Source of the DNA: Bacilli bacterium
GTDB lineage: Bacteria; Bacillota_I; Bacilli_A; RFN20; CAG-826
Direction of reading: 5' to 3'
Assembly: GCA_017534425.1 (NCBI GenBank)
Contig: JAFXWB010000002.1
Coordinates: 1-62,998 of the forward strand
Length of the DNA: 62,998 nt
A program made the position numbers and the translations under genes. Positions 58,385-62,998 of the stretch are shown one piece after another; position 1 is the first letter of the stretch; each line of letters begins with the position of its first letter. Below the pieces are notes generated by a model. That model ran no database searches and was not told the DNA's origin. It saw nothing but the letters and a program-made list of their open reading frames with translations.

Positions 58385-60436
58385 ATGGTTGCAGATGTAC
58401 CAGAAAAAGTTAAAGCATTATTTGAACAAGACAGTATAAGAAAAAATTTTAGAGTTCAAGTATTAGAAGAGTATAATGGCGAAATGCAAGTAGACTACAC
58501 ACTTGTCAACTCTGATATTGTTTCCGAATCTGTTGTATTAACTGAATCTATAAGTTCTTCCACTCCAATTAAATTTGGGTTATCAGAAAATGCTTCACTT
58601 GAATTTAAAACATTTTCGGATATAAATATTACAGGTAAGCAGATAAGGGCATATATTGAAATTGACATTACATCTATTCCCTATAGTGAAGTACACGGGC
58701 AAACAACATCTGATGTTCCATATAGATATTATCGAATTCCTTACGGTACATTTTATGTTGATTCTTGTAAGAAAGATGCAAACACTGATATAAGAACAGT
58801 TATTGCATATAGGTCAAAGAAAACTGAATTGTATCCGTCATTTGATAAAAAAGAAGAAACTCAAATACAACAGTTATTGTCTAGTTTTTTCATGCACTCT
58901 ACAAAGGAATTTACTGATTTTAAAAATGTTAGGTTGAAATTTTTTCCATTCCTTATGAAAGTTGATAGTGGAAATACTAAATGGTTAGATACCATTGGAA
59001 TTTCATATTCAACAAATTCACCGAATTTACGACTTATTGAAAATTGGCCTGAATTTTACATTAACACTGACCTTAAATATGTTGGTCCATCGCCCTCTCC
59101 TTCCACTAGTTCTGATGATGATATTATAATTATTGAAGATTTAGACTTACCATTGGGTGTAGAATATGATTTTTTCTTAAAAACATGGACAATAACGTCT
59201 GTAAATAATTTTCTTGGCATTACTCGAAATATTGGAGACGAGCCAACTAATTATTCGGGTAATTCTCAGACTGTTTCTAACACTGAAAAGTTTAATCCTA
59301 ATAATTTTTATCGAATAGATTGGGAAGAGCCTAATACGCATTATTTTAGACAATCAACAGGCTATGATTTAAAATTTGATGCTTATATGTCAATTAAGTC
59401 AAATTTAACCAATAGAATAGTAGAAGACCAAGCGCATATAGATTATAGGGACAGAAATTACAACAGTAAAGTTGGTATAGTTGGATATAGTAGAAAAATT
59501 CCAAGTCCTAGTGGTGGTGACTATTACCTTAAAGGAGTTAATTTTTGCCCTTGTATAGACGGAATGCATGACTATTTATCTTATGCTAATTATTTACAAA
59601 ATTGTGATATAGAACTACACATACCAATAGGAATAGATGTCAAAAAAACAACTATTTATTCTGGTGCTGCTATAACTTCATGGCAATATTATTCATTTTA
59701 TGAAAACGGTGACCCGTATATAGGTATTGGGGAATATCAATTACCTGACCTTAACTATTATATAAACATTCCGGTAAAACAAGCTAGTGCCAATAACTCA
59801 GATGGCTCTAGTGCATACGAATATACAATGGATACTTCTAATTTAATTAGTTCAGGTGAGGTTTTAATTCAATTTTTTGAAATAAATGGATACTTTTTAC
59901 AAAAGGACCGAATATATAATAAATGGGTAATGAAGAGAGTGCAACATGCGGACTCATTATATCCTGCAAACAATTTATATCCTAGTAACTCACTATATCC
60001 AGCAGAAGCAACTGCGTTAATTGCCACTAATTTATGTAAATCAGCATGGTTTGATGATAACATTACCTGTCCATATGATATAGTAGAGTACGCATATAAC
60101 GATAATTATTTTAAAGCTAACATTGTTGATGATGTGCCCGAAGAAGGTGAAGATAATACTTATGTGCATTACACTATATCTGATAATAAGTTTTTAGAGG
60201 CATGTTGTACGGACAATCGTTTATTTGCAAACGTTCAAGCCATCTTGGATTCAATGGCGAATAAGTTAAAACAAATTTATTACTATAAAACAAATATTCA
60301 AATGAGAGCATTACCATATATTGAAGCAGGTGATGACTTGTTGGTACTTACAAAAAATGATGGAATAACAACATTTGCACTAAAACATCGAATATCAGGT
60401 GTTCAATGTTTGATGGATAGTATTGAAGCGAATTAA
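58385..60436 (+). CDS. Tail-associated / baseplate structural protein (Tal position)
   Basis: 683 aa, second gene after the tape-measure gene. Confidence 0.5.
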   Translation: MVADVPEKVKALFEQDSIRKNFRVQVLEEYNGEMQVDYTLVNSDIVSESVVLTESISSSTPIKFGLSENASLEFKTFSDINITGKQIRAYIEIDITSIPYSEVHGQTTSDVPYRYYRIPYGTFYVDSCKKDANTDIRTVIAYRSKKTELYPSFDKKEETQIQQLLSSFFMHSTKEFTDFKNVRLKFFPFLMKVDSGNTKWLDTIGISYSTNSPNLRLIENWPEFYINTDLKYVGPSPSPSTSSDDDIIIIEDLDLPLGVEYDFFLKTWTITSVNNFLGITRNIGDEPTNYSGNSQTVSNTEKFNPNNFYRIDWEEPNTHYFRQSTGYDLKFDAYMSIKSNLTNRIVEDQAHIDYRDRNYNSKVGIVGYSRKIPSPSGGDYYLKGVNFCPCIDGMHDYLSYANYLQNCDIELHIPIGIDVKKTTIYSGAAITSWQYYSFYENGDPYIGIGEYQLPDLNYYINIPVKQASANNSDGSSAYEYTMDTSNLISSGEVLIQFFEINGYFLQKDRIYNKWVMKRVQHADSLYPANNLYPSNSLYPAEATALIATNLCKSAWFDDNITCPYDIVEYAYNDNYFKANIVDDVPEEGEDNTYVHYTISDNKFLEACCTDNRLFANVQAILDSMANKLKQIYYYKTNIQMRALPYIEAGDDLLVLTKNDGITTFALKHRISGVQCLMDSIEAN

Positions 60437-60447
60437 GGAGGTTAGTT

Positions 60448-61329
60448 ATGGCATATACAAGGGTATATCAAAATCGAATAAATTGGAAAAATTCACCGAA
60501 TACCACTACACCACTTGGACAATCTAACCTCAATAAGATGGATTATGCGTTAAATCAAATTGATGGTACATTAAATACCTGGGATACATATAAAGCAAAT
60601 GCTGGTGATGTAGCAAATAGTATTAGTAATATAAATAATTCAATTACAACACTCAATACTACCAAAGCTAATAAAAGTGAAATGCTTACAGATGTTGTAA
60701 ATGTCAGTTACAATACTACGACAGGAGTATGGACATTTACTCGAAGAAATGGCTCTACTTTTACATATGACCAGAATATAGAAAAGATTCCTGCATCATT
60801 CAGTATGGATGCTAATGGTGTTATCACCATGAAAACTGCTGATGGTACTGTATACACTGCTGATATTAGTTCTCAAATTAAGCCGTATAACTTTGATGAT
60901 GGTACAATTATTGACTTCACAAAGACAACTGATTCTAGTGGCAATTATCATGTAACTGCTGATATCAAAAGTGGTTCTATTACTGAAAGTAAATTACAAC
61001 CTAATTTCTTAGCTAATTGTCGTACTTATGCTAATAATGCTCATAGTGATGCTATATTAGCACAATCATATACAAAAGGTGATACTGAATTACGACCAGG
61101 TGAAGAAACTGATAATGCAACATACTATTATCAAGGCGCAAAATCAGCGGAAGAACAAGCAAAAACATATAGAGACCAAGCAGAAGCTATTGCAGGTATT
61201 CAAATAGCAACAACTGAGGTGTTTGGTATAGTAAAACCTGATGGTAATACCATTGATATAAATAATGGAATATTATCAACAGGAATACCGGATTCTCAAT
61301 GGAGTTATATACAAAATCTGTACCAATAA
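60448..61329 (+). CDS. Tail fibre / receptor-binding protein
   Basis: The N-terminus (YQNRINWKNSPNTTTPLGQSNLNKMDYALNQID) is typical of Gram-positive phage fibre N-termini. Confidence 0.55.
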   Translation: MAYTRVYQNRINWKNSPNTTTPLGQSNLNKMDYALNQIDGTLNTWDTYKANAGDVANSISNINNSITTLNTTKANKSEMLTDVVNVSYNTTTGVWTFTRRNGSTFTYDQNIEKIPASFSMDANGVITMKTADGTVYTADISSQIKPYNFDDGTIIDFTKTTDSSGNYHVTADIKSGSITESKLQPNFLANCRTYANNAHSDAILAQSYTKGDTELRPGEETDNATYYYQGAKSAEEQAKTYRDQAEAIAGIQIATTEVFGIVKPDGNTIDINNGILSTGIPDSQWSYIQNLYQ

Positions 61330-61357
61330 TGTATAATAATATTATAGGAGGTGTGCC

Positions 61358-61567
61358 ATGATTAAAGTTATGTCCATTGAAAATAACGACCTAAATACTA
61401 ATGATTATTTAGTATCTCTTTTTGCTGACACTAAAGCAGAAGTTGAAGCAGGTGGTGAAATTGTTGGTTTACCACAAAATGCCGGAATTGAATTTGGTAG
61501 TAAAGTAATAACTGCTGATGGTCAGTTAGCGTATATGCAATCAGACGGTAATTGGAAATGGCAATGA
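61358..61567 (+). CDS. Hypothetical protein
   Basis: 69-aa ORF with SD AGGAGG. Confidence 0.5.
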   Translation: MIKVMSIENNDLNTNDYLVSLFADTKAEVEAGGEIVGLPQNAGIEFGSKVITADGQLAYMQSDGNWKWQ

Positions 61568-61580
61568 TGGAGGGTAAGTC

Positions 61581-61871
61581 ATGGGAAATGCAGTAGGTTT
61601 GACAGGTGAGGAAGCCCTCATCTTAGCTAAAAGAAATACGCAAGAAGTTGTTGAAGGTCATGGCTTTGTTCAGGGTAAATCTGCTTATGAAATAGCTGTT
61701 GAAAATGGTTATACGGGAACAGAACAACAGTGGTTAGACTCACTTGAGGGAGAACAAGGACCTCAAGGAGAAAAGGGTGACAAAGGAGATAAAGGTGACC
61801 CAGGAGCAGGTGGAGTAGAGTTCTCTTATGATTCCAATACAGAAACAGTAACAGTAATTTCTTTTAGTTAA
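61581..61871 (+). CDS. Collagen-repeat-containing fibre protein
   Basis: GEQGPQGEKGDKGDKGDPGAGG Gly-X-Y repeats. Confidence 0.55.
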   Translation: MGNAVGLTGEEALILAKRNTQEVVEGHGFVQGKSAYEIAVENGYTGTEQQWLDSLEGEQGPQGEKGDKGDKGDPGAGGVEFSYDSNTETVTVISFS

Positions 61872-61929
61872 TTGCACAATAGTGTGTAATTATAAATAAT
61901 CTTATTTCTTTAGAAAGGAGAACAAAGAT

Positions 61930-62490
61930 ATGCCAGATATCAATTATTTACAGAAACTCGTTCTTCCCATTAACGTGGAAGGGACAATCACCAATGTTGA
62001 GTATACCATCAAAGACGCAGAAGCAAGGCAGATGATTGAAGACCTTGGACATGCCCTTTATTGGATGGGTGTTACTACAACAGAAATGTCTGACGGACTT
62101 ACAACCGCTGATGTAACAATCAATGGCGAAACTGTTACACCTAACATCGGTGGACTTGTTTCTTACAGTGGTTCAGAGTTCGTATGGAATGGTTCAGCAT
62201 GGCAAGAGCTGGGCAAGAATAACTTTGGCGCACTTGCGTTTAAGTCTTCTGCATCAGGTTCTTACACACCTGCAGGTACTATCACTGTTACTGATGGTGC
62301 TGATACAACTACTAATATCACACCTCTTGGTTCTGCTGGTACTGCACCTTCATGGTCTGTGTCTAATGAAACAGCTACATTCAATGCTGGTTCAGCCGCA
62401 ACTGCTGGTACAGCTGTTGATGTAGTTACTGCTTCAGGTGCAAGAACAGCATCCTTCGAAGGAACAGCTGCAACAATCACAGTATCTTAA
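61930..62490 (+). CDS. Tail fibre-associated protein (Thr/Ala/Gly-rich)
   Basis: 186 aa, SD AAAGGAG. Composition and codon usage resemble the other abundant structural genes. Confidence 0.5.
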   Translation: MPDINYLQKLVLPINVEGTITNVEYTIKDAEARQMIEDLGHALYWMGVTTTEMSDGLTTADVTINGETVTPNIGGLVSYSGSEFVWNGSAWQELGKNNFGALAFKSSASGSYTPAGTITVTDGADTTTNITPLGSAGTAPSWSVSNETATFNAGSAATAGTAVDVVTASGARTASFEGTAATITVS

Positions 62491-62496
62491 TTTCAA

Positions 62497-62532
62497 AGTG
62501 GGTAGTAATGAAACACTTACTACCCACTCTTT
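62497..62532 (+). terminator. 12-bp hairpin (weak terminator)
   Basis: AGTGGGTAGTAA / TTACTACCCACT stem with only a short T tail. Confidence 0.4.
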
Positions 62533-62548
62533 CAAAAGGAGTAAGATT

Positions 62549-62740
62549 ATGGCAGATATATCAGTATTAAACTTTGGAGATGGTGGTGGCAATAGAAATA
62601 TAAAAGACGCCAGTGCTGCCAGAAGTATAAAAGTACATGGAGTTTCACAGACAATAACAAATAATGCTGTGGACTTAAATATATATAATAATATGTTTAC
62701 AGATACAAATTGGACAGCAATTTTAGCTCTGTATTCATAA
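62549..62740 (+). CDS. Hypothetical 63-aa protein
   Basis: ATG 62549 follows AAAAGGAG. The track start at 62438 is unlikely. Confidence 0.5.
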   Translation: MADISVLNFGDGGGNRNIKDASAARSIKVHGVSQTITNNAVDLNIYNNMFTDTNWTAILALYS

Positions 62741-62757
62741 AAGAAAGGAGAAAAGGA

Positions 62758-62998
62758 ATGCATACGTTTAAAGAATATGCTGACCTTGTAAAAAAGGAAC
62801 ATGCATTAAATAAAACGATAGCACCTAATGAAACAGGAACCACTGCTTCAAAAGCATATGCAGTAGGAGACCACTTCATCAGAAATGGTATTCTGTATAA
62901 AGTAACAACTGCTATTGCTTCTGGAGCTACATGGGCTAATATCAGTTCAAGTTACACAACCGAAAAAGACATTAGTTCGTCAATTCAAAATTTATCGA
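62758..62998 (+). CDS. Fibre-region protein, 3'-truncated by the window end
   Basis: SD AAAGGAG. MHTFKEYADLVKKEHALNKTIAPNETGTTASKAYAVGDHFIRNGILYKVTTAIASGATW.... The frame is still open at nt 62998. Confidence 0.55.
   Translation, partial: MHTFKEYADLVKKEHALNKTIAPNETGTTASKAYAVGDHFIRNGILYKVTTAIASGATWANISSSYTTEKDISSSIQNLS

Overview
The window looks like a nearly complete, probably circular or circularly permuted, AT-rich siphovirus genome of about 63 kb. The host is likely a Gram-positive, spore-forming Firmicute. All credible genes lie on the + strand, and the minus-strand and alternate-frame ORFs in the track look spurious. No integrase or other lysogeny module was recognised.

Gene order:
- 0.3-1.5 kb: lysis cassette with two holin-like proteins and a GH73+CW_7 endolysin.
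- 1.5-5 kb: accessory genes, including Cys/Gly-rich and BclA-C-like proteins.
- 5-13.9 kb: SNF2 helicase, replication initiator, DnaC-like loader, DnaB, primase, a sigma-like factor and a gp32-like SSB.
- 13.9-14.7 kb: about 0.8 kb of non-coding sequence holding tRNA-Gln, a roughly 515-nt structured segment and an aberrant tRNA-like element.
- 14.7-19.9 kb: family-A DNA polymerase, followed by a DpdA-like transglycosylase, an SGNH hydrolase, a YhhQ importer and an ECF S-component.
- 20-25 kb: about 25 tiny genes joined by a repeated dual-coding junction.
- 25-36 kb: sliding clamp, Cas4-like nuclease, RecU-like resolvase, RecA, QueH, an HNH-like protein, and a clamp loader whose large subunit is split by a GIY-YIG homing endonuclease gene.
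- 36-41.4 kb: three small-gene operons.
- 41.6-46.3 kb: terS, then 2.85 kb holding three self-contained promoter-gene-terminator cassettes, short motif clusters and tandem repeats, then terL.
- 46.4-63 kb: portal, scaffold, capsid, connectors, tail, a 1471-aa tape measure and tail fibres.

Most interesting candidates:
1. A 7-deazapurine module based on uptake rather than synthesis: DpdA + SGNH hydrolase + YhhQ + ECF-S + a distal QueH, with no preQ0 synthesis genes. It may have a preQ1-I-like leader.
2. A tRNA-flanked, roughly 0.5-kb structured non-coding region, a possible ROOL/GOLLD-class ncRNA.
3. An extended conserved promoter family with CA-rich leaders.
4. The terS-terL insert with its repeat architecture.
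5. Footprints of homing endonuclease activity.

All functional calls rest on motifs read by eye. No database search was run.
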